Virus record (IMG/VR): IMGVR_UViG_3300042975_000100
Coordinates: 32,001-96,000 of that record
DNA: 64,000 bases
Strand: one strand, 5' to 3'
Source of the DNA: a virus
Taxonomy: Duplodnaviria > Caudoviricetes
The notes below the pieces were generated by a model, which did not search any database, was not told the origin of the DNA, and saw only the letters and a program-made list of their open reading frames with translations. Every line of letters starts with the position of its first letter. Position 1 is the stretch's first letter. Position numbers and translations under genes: made by a program. This document shows, piece after piece, positions 1 to 9,385 of this stretch.

Positions 1-5
1 CTCCA

Positions 6-1568
6 TTGTACGGATTGGAGAGTGAAAAGGAAAATATCAATTATTTCGTTATGTCACCGAATAGGTGCTATAATGGAGATACAAAAGTTAAGTATAAAAA
101 GGAAGGTAAGAACGTAGCAGACGTATATCATACGATTACGGATGAGGTTCTTGCCAAGTATGATGAAATGGTGCAAGCCGGATTGATCAAAGAGTACAGT
201 ACATCTGTAGGATTCAGAGATCATTTTTGCCGTTACATCAATTATTTCGAGAAGTTTTATGATAAAGATCACTGGCTGTTTGCATTCTATGCAAGAATCA
301 AATTCATGATTGACTATATGCCTGGATATCCTGAGTATACAGCAGAAGGTTTGATTAGTGATCTGAAGAGATGCATCATTGATTATAGAAACAAAGATGG
401 TTCGTTCTCAATGCTGCATGCATGTATATCCAATATGGTTAATGACAATTATTTCATCAACCAGACTTATGAGAATTCGATGAATGAATGCTTGGCATAT
501 AACAATCACCATGCAAAAATTCTTATGGAAATCTCTATCATCTTTAACATGGGGATTCCTATTCTCTCTCATTACGCATTCAAAGCCGGATTGGCATCAG
601 TGGATGTCAACCGTCTGTTCATGATGTTCTTCGATGAAGTCTATAAGATGACTAAAGAGAAGCATGGAGTTGATATGTTCAGTAAGCTTTATGAGACTAC
701 TGAAAGCAATGTCATCAAGAATGTAAAGAGAAATGGAATGCTCTGGGATATGCAGGATATCCGTGGTATCAATCCTACTACCTTGATATTCAAGATTGTA
801 GAGCAGATTACCAGACAGCTTATTCCTAAGTATGTATTTGATAAGAACGTAGTGTTCTTTAACTTTAATGCTATTCTCAGTGAGCTTAGATATAAGGTTA
901 CTGATAATGAGTATGAGTTTAAGCTTGCATCTGTATCATCATCTGATAGAGATGAAGATAATAACTCTGCTGCTGATAAGTTTGAAGCGCATATCTCTAA
1001 AGTAAATGAAGCATTGGTATTGCAGTCAAATGTAAACTGCGATAGTACAATGGAAAAGATAGAGCAGCTCTATGGGCCATTCTCTAATGAGGAGATTGAG
1101 TTCTATAAGAAAGAGCTTACTCGTAATGGAAGACCTATCAAGACCGAGTATCAGACGTATCTTATCTCTTACTTGTTCTTGAAGTATTTCAAAGATAAAG
1201 GTGCTACGACACTTGTAAACAACCGTAACTATATCAAACTTATGATTGCGGCTAAGAGATTTCTCTATAGTGCAGGACTAACCATTCTGCCTGAGATTAT
1301 CGCTGGTCGTGCTGAGCGTATTGTTACAAAGAAAGTTGTAAACAAGAAGATCAAGCTCCGCATTCAGATGTCCGAAATGTATCCACGAGTTCAGGCTAAA
1401 TATCAAAACCCGAAACTTGAGGATAATATCTTCGGACATATTGCAAAGATTCTGGCATCAGATTTCAGAATGATTGATTTCCACCATCCGGAACTTAATG
1501 GCCGGAAGTTGGAACCTATTCCTGAACTTCTCTGCGAAGAATTCTTGCAATTTGTAATGATGATTTAA
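6..1568 (+). CDS. Probable sigma-like promoter-specificity subunit of the non-virion RNA polymerase (AR9 gp226/phiKZ gp68-like); 5' end uncertain
   Basis: About 500-aa helical protein; the IPKYxFxxNxxxF segment and acidic D-x-D-x-D-N linker resemble this family as recalled; other phage RNAP subunits are in the window. Confidence 0.5.
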   Translation: MYGLESEKENINYFVMSPNRCYNGDTKVKYKKEGKNVADVYHTITDEVLAKYDEMVQAGLIKEYSTSVGFRDHFCRYINYFEKFYDKDHWLFAFYARIKFMIDYMPGYPEYTAEGLISDLKRCIIDYRNKDGSFSMLHACISNMVNDNYFINQTYENSMNECLAYNNHHAKILMEISIIFNMGIPILSHYAFKAGLASVDVNRLFMMFFDEVYKMTKEKHGVDMFSKLYETTESNVIKNVKRNGMLWDMQDIRGINPTTLIFKIVEQITRQLIPKYVFDKNVVFFNFNAILSELRYKVTDNEYEFKLASVSSSDRDEDNNSAADKFEAHISKVNEALVLQSNVNCDSTMEKIEQLYGPFSNEEIEFYKKELTRNGRPIKTEYQTYLISYLFLKYFKDKGATTLVNNRNYIKLMIAAKRFLYSAGLTILPEIIAGRAERIVTKKVVNKKIKLRIQMSEMYPRVQAKYQNPKLEDNIFGHIAKILASDFRMIDFHHPELNGRKLEPIPELLCEEFLQFVMMI

Positions 1569-1576
1569 AAGGGATT

Positions 1577-1612
1577 TAGGGTAAGCAGTAATGCTTACCC
1601 TTTATTTTTCTT
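1577..1612 (+). terminator. Intrinsic terminator
   Basis: agggtaagca-gtaa-tgcttaccct hairpin followed by a T-rich tract. Confidence 0.8.
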
Positions 1613-1629
1613 TTTAAGGAGGCATTAGA

Positions 1630-2691
1630 ATGGAACTGCAAGAACAACTGCGTTCATTCTTATTAGAAAAACTATCCGATGCTATACCAGCATCTGGTGG
1701 TAAAGAGGTTGTAGTGCGTTGTCGATTCTGTGGCGATAGCCAATCAGATAGAAATGCACGACATCTCTATATTTCATTAGGATCTAAAGAAAAACCTCCT
1801 ATGTATAACTGTTTCAAATGTGGAGAGCACGGAATTCTTACAAAATCTGTGTTAGAAACGCTAGTAGATACGGTTGATGATGGAGAGTTAGTTGGTAATC
1901 TTAATACAGCATTGAGTAAGTATTCTAAGATGCATAAAACACATGGAAAGAATACTGTATTCAATATAAGAATAGATTACAATAACACAGATGCATTAGA
2001 TGATGCTAAGCTACTGTATATTAACAAGAGACTTGGCTTGAATCTGACATATAGTGATTTGGTAATGAATAAGATAGTGCTGAATCTTAGAAACTTGATT
2101 ATAGATAATCACATTACTGAACTCACTAGAGATGAAAGAAGCGTTATGGAATTGGCCGAAAGCTTCTTAGGATTTCTGTCTATGAATAATGGATATGTAA
2201 CGATGAAGAACCTTAGACCCGGTAAGGTGTCTAAGTACGTTGATCATAAATACGTCGATTACGCTTTGTTTGATTCAGAGAGTAATAGCCGTAGATTCTA
2301 TAGCATTCCAACTACGGTTAATTTGTTGGACCCAACTCCTATTAAAGTTCATATTGCAGAAGGATGTTTTGATATACTTGGAATATTCTATCATGTATGT
2401 AATGGGAATAGGTATCAGAATCTGTATATAAACTGTGGGGATAAAGCATATAACAATGTAGTGAAGATGCTATTGAAAGAGTATGGACTGATCAATTGTG
2501 AGTTTTATCTGTATCCAGATAATGATGTGCAAACTAAAGATATTTATATCAATACTTTTGGTAGACCATTGCACATAATCAGAAATAGATATCCTGAAGA
2601 AAAAGATTTCGGAGTACCCGAATCACGCATTAAACCGATGCCTGAGGCAAGTTATACCGGAAACCGGTTCAATCGCACAAATCGCTATTAA
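1630..2691 (+). CDS. DNA primase (T4 gp61-like)
   Basis: N-terminal Zn finger CRFCGDS...HLY...YNCFKC; TOPRIM motifs EGxFD and DND. Confidence 0.85.
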   Translation: MELQEQLRSFLLEKLSDAIPASGGKEVVVRCRFCGDSQSDRNARHLYISLGSKEKPPMYNCFKCGEHGILTKSVLETLVDTVDDGELVGNLNTALSKYSKMHKTHGKNTVFNIRIDYNNTDALDDAKLLYINKRLGLNLTYSDLVMNKIVLNLRNLIIDNHITELTRDERSVMELAESFLGFLSMNNGYVTMKNLRPGKVSKYVDHKYVDYALFDSESNSRRFYSIPTTVNLLDPTPIKVHIAEGCFDILGIFYHVCNGNRYQNLYINCGDKAYNNVVKMLLKEYGLINCEFYLYPDNDVQTKDIYINTFGRPLHIIRNRYPEEKDFGVPESRIKPMPEASYTGNRFNRTNRY

Positions 2692-2744
2692 TGACGTTTC
2701 TAATCCCATTGGTTCAGCACCAATGGGATTTTATTTTTTGTGGA

Positions 2745-2756
2745 AACATCGAAGTA
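2745..2756 (+). promoter_or_regulatory. Late promoter, AACA-N6-TA class
   Basis: aaca-tcgaag-ta just upstream of the RBS; the same pattern occurs at 4015, 5363, 14499, 15061, 30770, 40664 (+) and 35979-35990 (-). Confidence 0.7.
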
Positions 2757-2770
2757 AAGAGGTGAAAACG

Positions 2771-4015
2771 ATGGGTAGATTTATAAATACCACTTATAAT
2801 AATACAGTAAATTCACTAGTGACTGCAGCTAATGAAAAACTGCAGAATCCATTTACTACCTTCCCTGATGGGAAAGGACCTACAGAGGTAACGTTCTTTA
2901 ATATCAATAAAGATAAGAGTACCTTTGATAAAGCTACAGGAGATACGTACGAAGAGTACGGACCAGATTCTTCCTTATTCTATGATAAGATTGAGAAAGT
3001 TTTCTTATTCGGTCTTGCACATATCGAAATTGATATAGAGCAGGGTGAATTTGGTTCTGAATCTAATAAGGTTCAGGGAGAGTGCTATCTCCCGCCTAAT
3101 ACATTCAAACCGTACCAGTCTAGTTATTTTTTGATCAATTATCTCAAAGGTAAGAGAATTCTCTTCCGTGTAGTCAATGTGAATAGAGATACACTGGACA
3201 ACGGTGGCAACTTCTATAAGATTGATTACGAGGCTGATCTGGTTGGTGAAGCAGCCATAGCCCAAATTGAAAGATCTGTAGTTCGTAAATTTACGATGCT
3301 TGCCAACTTCATTGGTACCGAAACCAGATGTGTTATTCAGAATGATGAATACCAAACAATAGTTAAGATTCAGAATGCATGTGACGAACTTCGTAACTAC
3401 TATCATGATATGTTCTTCAAGCCAAAGGTTCAAACCTTTGTCTATAAGTATTCTGATAGAGATAAAGGGATTTATTTCTATGATCCGTTCATGATAGAAT
3501 TCCTTACGAAGAATGGGATACTGTATGGATCTAATAAGTTTGAGTATATATCTCAGGCATGTGTATTGCCACAATCATTTACAATAGATTATAATAGATC
3601 TGTATTTAGAATGATTGAGACTCAGAATGCTAATCAAGAGATCTATCGGGTTTATGCTACAAGAATATATGATCCGATGAGTTTAATGACTGTGCGACTT
3701 GAAGACTACTATTCGATCTCTATACGTGATGAATCTGGAGAGCGTATTAGCGGTGTATTAGCAGATCCAATTGATTGCTTTGATACCGTATTTATAGATG
3801 CTTTACAGGGTAATAAGATATTCGATGAAAATGATTTCAGATACTATATGAATATCACTCTTGATTCTTTCTATAATAGAGATATCACAGAACATCAAGT
3901 TGATTCTATCTATAAGATAAACTTTGTTCCTTGCAAAGAGCTGTTCTACATGATACCTCTAACGATATTTTCCCTTGAAAGGTACGTTTACAGACGGCTT
4001 AAAACTACGTCGTAA
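2771..4015 (+). CDS. Putative virion structural protein
   Basis: Long ORF behind a late promoter, RBS gaggtg, located near the prohead protease. Confidence 0.5.
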   Translation: MGRFINTTYNNTVNSLVTAANEKLQNPFTTFPDGKGPTEVTFFNINKDKSTFDKATGDTYEEYGPDSSLFYDKIEKVFLFGLAHIEIDIEQGEFGSESNKVQGECYLPPNTFKPYQSSYFLINYLKGKRILFRVVNVNRDTLDNGGNFYKIDYEADLVGEAAIAQIERSVVRKFTMLANFIGTETRCVIQNDEYQTIVKIQNACDELRNYYHDMFFKPKVQTFVYKYSDRDKGIYFYDPFMIEFLTKNGILYGSNKFEYISQACVLPQSFTIDYNRSVFRMIETQNANQEIYRVYATRIYDPMSLMTVRLEDYYSISIRDESGERISGVLADPIDCFDTVFIDALQGNKIFDENDFRYYMNITLDSFYNRDITEHQVDSIYKINFVPCKELFYMIPLTIFSLERYVYRRLKTTS

Positions 4016-4049
4016 ACATAAGAGTAAATTGCAAGGAAGGAGATATATC

Positions 4050-4382
4050 ATGACTAGACAGGTTGATGAATTTCTTTTGCGTGAAATGGAAAGTGAAGAT
4101 GTAGCAGACACGATCCATTCATGTGTTGATGGTACTGATGAAATCATAGAAGCTATGATGGAAACAGAGAGCAAAAAAGAAGTTTCTGATAGGGTTTTCC
4201 CGGTAGCGGAAAAATACCAAGAGACTATAGATCCAGAAACTCTTCGTATAGCCGAATCCTTATGCAAAGATGAGTATAGCTGCGAATGCGGTGAACTCGT
4301 TGGAGAGAAGAACGAAGGTCGTACATGTAAGAGTTGTGGCAAAAAAGTAACAAAGGGAGGAAAGAAACATGCATCCAATTGA
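4050..4382 (+). CDS. Small protein with C-terminal RNAP beta'-like zinc ribbon
   Basis: EYSCECGELVGEKNEGRTCKSCGKKV; RBS aaggag; late promoter at 4015. Confidence 0.65.
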   Translation: MTRQVDEFLLREMESEDVADTIHSCVDGTDEIIEAMMETESKKEVSDRVFPVAEKYQETIDPETLRIAESLCKDEYSCECGELVGEKNEGRTCKSCGKKVTKGGKKHASN

Positions 4383-4641
4383 TGAAGAGCTTATTGGAAT
4401 CGGCGGAAGCGATATTATCGCTGAAGAAGCTTCTGGAGAGGCTGAAGACGTTGATCACATCATCGATGACGAGGAAGAAGAAGAGCAGGAAGCTGAGGAT
4501 GAACTCCTCGGCGATAGCGCACGCGATGATGAAGTTGATATTGTTGTAAACTCTGACCTCGAAGAGCATCCTGAAGAGGATGACGATGATGACGAGGCCA
4601 AAGAGATTACTATAAAAATTAAATTTGGAGGTAAAGACTAA
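4369..4641 (+). CDS. Highly acidic small protein
   Basis: D/E-rich 90-aa ORF with RBS ggagg, overlapping both neighbours. Confidence 0.7.
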   Translation: MHPIDEELIGIGGSDIIAEEASGEAEDVDHIIDDEEEEEQEAEDELLGDSARDDEVDIVVNSDLEEHPEEDDDDDEAKEITIKIKFGGKD

Positions 4642-5123
4642 TGGAAATCACGACAAAGAAAGTTAATATGTATGCAGCCAGCCCGACGACTGTCGGATTT
4701 GGTATTCCTAGAGTTGGAAATCTGAGAGGCATTACTATGACGGTAGCTGACATTCGTCAGGCTCTGCGTAGCCATGCACATATCGAGGAGATCATGGACG
4801 ATGGCCGTTTGGTTCCGCTCGATTTCTCGAACTTTGACAAAGACAATTCTGTTGCCAGCGAACTGACGCAGGCAGCTCCGGTTGTAAGCATTGTTACTCC
4901 GCTTGGTGAGCAGACTCCGATCGATGTCGCTAAGAAAGCAGAAGCTGCTAAAGCTGCTGCAGAGGCTGCAAAACCTGAGACGACTGTAGAGGTTCATGAG
5001 CCGCCGGCTTGTGATCCGTTTGCCGATGTAGCTGCTGATGCTAAGAAAGCAGAAGCAACTGTTACAAAGGTAGAGGAAGAGAAGAAAGCTGACGACAAGA
5101 CGGCTGATTCGAAGAAAAAATAA
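4641..5123 (+). CDS. Hypothetical protein with Ala/Lys/Glu-rich tail
   Basis: RBS ggagg, translational coupling to the upstream gene, terminator downstream. Confidence 0.7.
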   Translation: MEITTKKVNMYAASPTTVGFGIPRVGNLRGITMTVADIRQALRSHAHIEEIMDDGRLVPLDFSNFDKDNSVASELTQAAPVVSIVTPLGEQTPIDVAKKAEAAKAAAEAAKPETTVEVHEPPACDPFADVAADAKKAEATVTKVEEEKKADDKTADSKKK

Positions 5124-5135
5124 AAAATAAGAGAC

Positions 5136-5168
5136 TGGGTAAGGCCATTTGCCTTACCCGGTTTCTTG
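5136..5168. terminator. Probable bidirectional terminator
   Basis: gggtaaggc-cattt-gccttaccc with an A-tract upstream and T-rich sequence downstream. Confidence 0.7.
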
Positions 5169-5396
5169 TGTCTCTTAACAAAGTATGATATCACCCATGT
5201 GATCACCATCTTTGCATAGATAAAAACTGAGCATCTAACTCCTCCCAGGATACCTTTTCTATCAGGCAGTATAAAACTACCTATCACATCATCTTGATGC
5301 TCACCTCTTACCATTATTATAATATATAATTCTAAATACGCCAATTTACAATGCTTTACTGAAACATACGAGTAAATGGTAAAGGAGGTAATATGA

Positions 5397-6245
5397 GTGA
5401 ATCCGTTAGCTTATATAATTTGTGAATCTACAGCTCAGGATGTAGAATTCAATATTGTAAATCAAAATAGAAACTTTGTAATTGCTGAGGGTATTCTCCA
5501 GGAAGCCGAAGGCGAAAATCGTAATCATCGCTGCTATGCTAGGGAAGATCTCTTTAAAGAGATTACCTCTCCGAGACAGCAGGAATTGGTTCAGAGCGGA
5601 AACTTCAAAGGAGAAGCAGGCCATCCAATGGATGTGAATCTTGCTCGTCAGCAGACTATTGATCCTACCCTTGTTCAGGTTTGGTATACTAAACTTTGGA
5701 TGGACGGAAACTTGGTTAAAGCCCATTTCAGAGGTACAAACAATGAACTTGGTCGTGGATTCAATGCAGACCTTCTGGATGGTCAGAAACCATCATTCTC
5801 TCTTCGCGCTCTTGGCAGAATTGAGAATCAGAAAGGTAAAGCGTATGTAAAAGGGCTTAAGATCGTTACATATGATCGTGTATACTATCCGTCTCATTCA
5901 AAAGCCTACACTAGTAAGATCATCAGTGATGATGCTGAAAAGGTAATGGCGAATAGTGCTAAGTTTAGCACTCCTATTAGTGTCAAAGAAGCCGGCAATA
6001 ATATGGTGATGACAGAGAGTGGTATTCTTTCGCCAATTTGCTCTGAATCTGTTCGTAACTATCTTATCTCTGAATCTGCAAACATCGATTTCATTCGTAA
6101 GAATTTTGATACTTTCTATGAGAGCATCAAACTTACGGAAGATGGAAACAGTGTTGCTTTGACGACTAAAGACTATGATACGATTCTTGTTCCGGTAGAG
6201 CGTCATATCTCTAACGAAATTATGGAATTTTGCTCGAAATTATAA
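5397..6245 (+). CDS. Prohead core protease (T4 gp21-like)
   Basis: NRNxRxY, GEAGHP, FSLRALG and TYDxVxxPS motifs; late promoter at 5363. Confidence 0.9.
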   Translation: MNPLAYIICESTAQDVEFNIVNQNRNFVIAEGILQEAEGENRNHRCYAREDLFKEITSPRQQELVQSGNFKGEAGHPMDVNLARQQTIDPTLVQVWYTKLWMDGNLVKAHFRGTNNELGRGFNADLLDGQKPSFSLRALGRIENQKGKAYVKGLKIVTYDRVYYPSHSKAYTSKIISDDAEKVMANSAKFSTPISVKEAGNNMVMTESGILSPICSESVRNYLISESANIDFIRKNFDTFYESIKLTEDGNSVALTTKDYDTILVPVERHISNEIMEFCSKL

Positions 6246-6252
6246 AAAATAA

Positions 6253-6275
6253 ACCCCAGCCACATAAAGGCTGGG
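6253..6275. terminator. Bidirectional terminator between convergent genes
   Basis: ccccagcc-acataaa-ggctgggg flanked by A and T tracts. Confidence 0.8.
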
Positions 6276-6284
6276 GATATTTTT

Positions 6285-7088
6285 TTAGCTCATAGCTATT
6301 AAGTCATATGGTGTTCGTGTGTACCGTCTATTTATTTCATGGACAGTGCATCTGACATCTACTGCATTAGTTCTAGGAAAGAAATACCCTTTACAACTAA
6401 CCTGATAATAATCTTCTATCGTATCGATGATAGGAGTTAACTGATTAGGATCTATAACAGCATTTCCTCTCTTAACAACCCAGTGTTCTGGCGGTGTTGT
6501 ATAACCATCCTTCTGGGTGCTAAGAAGTACAGTTGTATAGTCCCTGAATAAGCGATCATCATTTATCTGAGCTATATACTTATTCATGATCTTTGATACT
6601 AAAACTGCAGGGGTCATCGAAATATATCCAGTGTTCCCATCTTTTTGAAGCAGCTCGTATTTACCCTTCAAAATATCAATGTTGAGAGGTCCAAGACATC
6701 TCTGAAGATAATTAGCATGATCGATTATCCACTTGATAGCATTCTTATTATTAGAATCCTCTATCCAGTTATGATATGCTATATCATTGTGATATCTTAT
6801 CATATTGATATCCTGATCAAGATGAGATTTCTCATGCGCTACTATATACAGTATGCTAGTAATCATATCTTTATCTTCTTGATATTGACACTCTTCAACA
6901 CAGTAATTGTATAGACGCGGTATATGGAATATAATGCTTCCTGTACTAGACGATGACCAGGCCATCGTACCTTTAGTTGGTGTACATTGAAATTTGACCT
7001 TATTACATTTCACCATTGGGTTCAATGCACCTTCTATCAAATTAGAAATATACATGATTGTTCTAACGATCTTTTCTTCTGTTATCAT
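6285..7088 (-). CDS. Putative HExxH zinc metallopeptidase
   Basis: ILYIVAHEKSHLDQ with a downstream Glu; RBS aaggagg; early promoter at 7112-7121. Confidence 0.55.
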   Translation of the reverse strand: MITEEKIVRTIMYISNLIEGALNPMVKCNKVKFQCTPTKGTMAWSSSSTGSIIFHIPRLYNYCVEECQYQEDKDMITSILYIVAHEKSHLDQDINMIRYHNDIAYHNWIEDSNNKNAIKWIIDHANYLQRCLGPLNIDILKGKYELLQKDGNTGYISMTPAVLVSKIMNKYIAQINDDRLFRDYTTVLLSTQKDGYTTPPEHWVVKRGNAVIDPNQLTPIIDTIEDYYQVSCKGYFFPRTNAVDVRCTVHEINRRYTRTPYDLIAMS

Positions 7089-7111
7089 ATTATTGATTCC
7101 TCCTTCATCTA

Positions 7112-7121
7112 TATAATATAT
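7112..7121 (-). promoter_or_regulatory. Early promoter, TATATTATA class
   Basis: Same AT-rich motif at 5318, 10710, 39636, 47972, 62784 (-) and 15181 (+); variants at 22990 (+) and 60396 (-); each lies upstream of an RBS. Confidence 0.65.
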
Positions 7122-7167
7122 GGCCAGACTGATTTTTACATTTAGGTAATAAAGGAGTTGATTAGAA

Positions 7168-7932
7168 ATGTCAATGAATAGAATGACTTCTCTTCTTAAC
7201 AAGATAGAGCGTCGACTTGGTACAAAGCCTCTGGGCTTGCCAGATCATTTGACTAAACCTGTATGGGCAACAGATATCATAGCCAACGATACATTAGATA
7301 CATTCAGTAGATACTTTCCTCATGCAATACCATACGTCTTAACACCAGAAAGACGTAAAGGAGAATGCTGGCTTATAGATGAGAACTTATGTGATTCTAT
7401 AGTTATCCTTGGATGTGGAGATATTGACTGGCATGCATTCAGCACGAACAATCCTTCATCTGTAACGTGTGGCGGTATGTATACGCCATTGGATATGCTT
7501 ACATCTGACTATGATGTAGAAGATGTAATGATGCAGCAGATGCTTGCAGATCATACATCCATATTCAAAACCAGTATATATCCTGAGTTCTTTGAACCGA
7601 ATATGATTAAGATGCATAGTATCGTTTCTAATAACAATCTTAACGTTCTTCAGAACATTCCAATCAGATTGTTTGTAAAGCATAGTGAAAATCTTATGAC
7701 TATTCCTGCAATGAAGATGGAACTGTTTGAAGGATTGGCTACTGCAGATGTAGCAGGATTCTTGTATGAGAATCTTAAGAATTATACTATTGATACCGTG
7801 TATGCTAATATCGATATCAAAGTAGATGAGCTTAAGGATAAAGCTTCTGAACGTGAGAAATACGTAGATGAACTTAAAGAAAGCTTCGTATCCTTCAGCA
7901 ATCACTATCAGCCAATGGTAATAGCAATGTAA
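7168..7932 (+). CDS. Putative virion (neck/head-completion-like) protein
   Basis: ORF with RBS aaggag; the IERRLG...DTFSRYFP pattern resembles recalled jumbo-phage structural proteins. Confidence 0.45.
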   Translation: MSMNRMTSLLNKIERRLGTKPLGLPDHLTKPVWATDIIANDTLDTFSRYFPHAIPYVLTPERRKGECWLIDENLCDSIVILGCGDIDWHAFSTNNPSSVTCGGMYTPLDMLTSDYDVEDVMMQQMLADHTSIFKTSIYPEFFEPNMIKMHSIVSNNNLNVLQNIPIRLFVKHSENLMTIPAMKMELFEGLATADVAGFLYENLKNYTIDTVYANIDIKVDELKDKASEREKYVDELKESFVSFSNHYQPMVIAM

Positions 7933-7974
7933 AAGAAAAAAATAAAAGGGAAGGCACTACGCCTTCCCTGATAT

Positions 7975-8574
7975 TTATAATTTCATTGCTTTGACCACAT
8001 CAGAGATCCTCCGCTTGCCAATAGTAGTTATATCGATGACATTTGTTCCAATATAACCAGCCTCTGTATACGAGTTGAGTCTCTCTTGGTAGATCTCATT
8101 TTCCTTGAACTTATACGGATCTACTTCTTCCCCACGTTCAGCTTTCTCTTTCCTTCTCTTAGCGATAAAGGAATTCACCGTATCCATATCAGGATGTAGC
8201 CAGATGACTCGGCTCGGATCTACTTGAGCATTCAGCTTAGTGCTCATTTTGATGCATAGATCCCTGAAGAACTTCAATTGCTCTTCCGTAATATATCCAC
8301 AACTCTCCAGTGCAGCGGCTTGAGCCAGCGTATCCATTTGAGACCTGATAAAGATAATCTTCTTATCAGGATTGCATTTGGCTATCTGATTAGCCCTGAC
8401 CATATGAGCTATGTTCTTATCAAGAGATACAAGCAGCGAAACGAACTTATCTTTGACCTTACCACATTTGAGTCCATCAGCTGGAATACATTCACGCTCT
8501 TCCACTAAATACTTCTTGAGCGTGCTCTTCCCAGCTCCGTGAATACCACTAATGATCCATACATTTTTCTCCAT
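7975..8574 (-). CDS. Deoxynucleotide monophosphate/thymidylate kinase-like P-loop kinase
   Basis: N-terminal SGIHGAGKST P-loop; about 200 aa; lid-like RRK segment. Confidence 0.7.
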   Translation of the reverse strand: MEKNVWIISGIHGAGKSTLKKYLVEERECIPADGLKCGKVKDKFVSLLVSLDKNIAHMVRANQIAKCNPDKKIIFIRSQMDTLAQAAALESCGYITEEQLKFFRDLCIKMSTKLNAQVDPSRVIWLHPDMDTVNSFIAKRRKEKAERGEEVDPYKFKENEIYQERLNSYTEAGYIGTNVIDITTIGKRRISDVVKAMKL

Positions 8575-8591
8575 TTATAAATCCCCTTTGT

Positions 8592-9314
8592 TTAGTCTTC
8601 AAAGAATGAACGCTTGCCTGACTTCATAAACGTTCTTCCCTTCTTAGCAGTCATGTTATCCTCTACATTCTGCTTGGACGTCATGTCATACATATTCGTC
8701 CCAAATGCTGGTCTACCGATATATGTACTAGCATTTTGTGAGTACAAGAACATATTCGCATTATTTAAACACTCTATCAAGCCAGACCACTTCTTCATAT
8801 TCATCAGTACATAGAGATTAGGATTTCCTAATGTAACTCGTACTGCAGCTGATGTACTTCCATTGAAATTCTCAACTACATCAGGAGTGAATACTAAATA
8901 CTTATTCAATGCCAATCCAGTTATCTCTAATGGCTCTTGAACTTTACGCACATGAACATTTCCTTTGCTGACCACGTATATCTCTTTGAAGTGATCAACT
9001 ATATGAAGTTCCATATCTTCAACGGCTTTTCTCAGCATTCGTATATCCTCATTACGTATCATAACGAATCCCTTTTCTCCGTTGACGGGATGAGATTGCT
9101 CGAAACTGATGTATGAATCGAACTTTCTCTTTATATTGACCAACTTAGAATTGGTAGATTCATTATAATACTGAACTTCTGAATGATAATAGGATCTACC
9201 GAATTTTTCAGACTCACTATAGAGTCTCATATTGAATAGAAGGTTGGCATTCTTCCCCAGGTTCATCATCACATCTGAGATCTTATTATAGTTCTCGAAT
9301 GTTAATTCTTGCAA
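8592..9314 (-). CDS. Hypothetical protein
   Basis: TTG start after aaggaggtg RBS. Confidence 0.65.
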   Translation of the reverse strand: MQELTFENYNKISDVMMNLGKNANLLFNMRLYSESEKFGRSYYHSEVQYYNESTNSKLVNIKRKFDSYISFEQSHPVNGEKGFVMIRNEDIRMLRKAVEDMELHIVDHFKEIYVVSKGNVHVRKVQEPLEITGLALNKYLVFTPDVVENFNGSTSAAVRVTLGNPNLYVLMNMKKWSGLIECLNNANMFLYSQNASTYIGRPAFGTNMYDMTSKQNVEDNMTAKKGRTFMKSGKRSFFED

Positions 9315-9385
9315 TTTCACACCTCCTTTACAAAATAAAAAGAGGGGATGATTTTTCACCCCCTCCTTCTACCTTTGATCGATGA

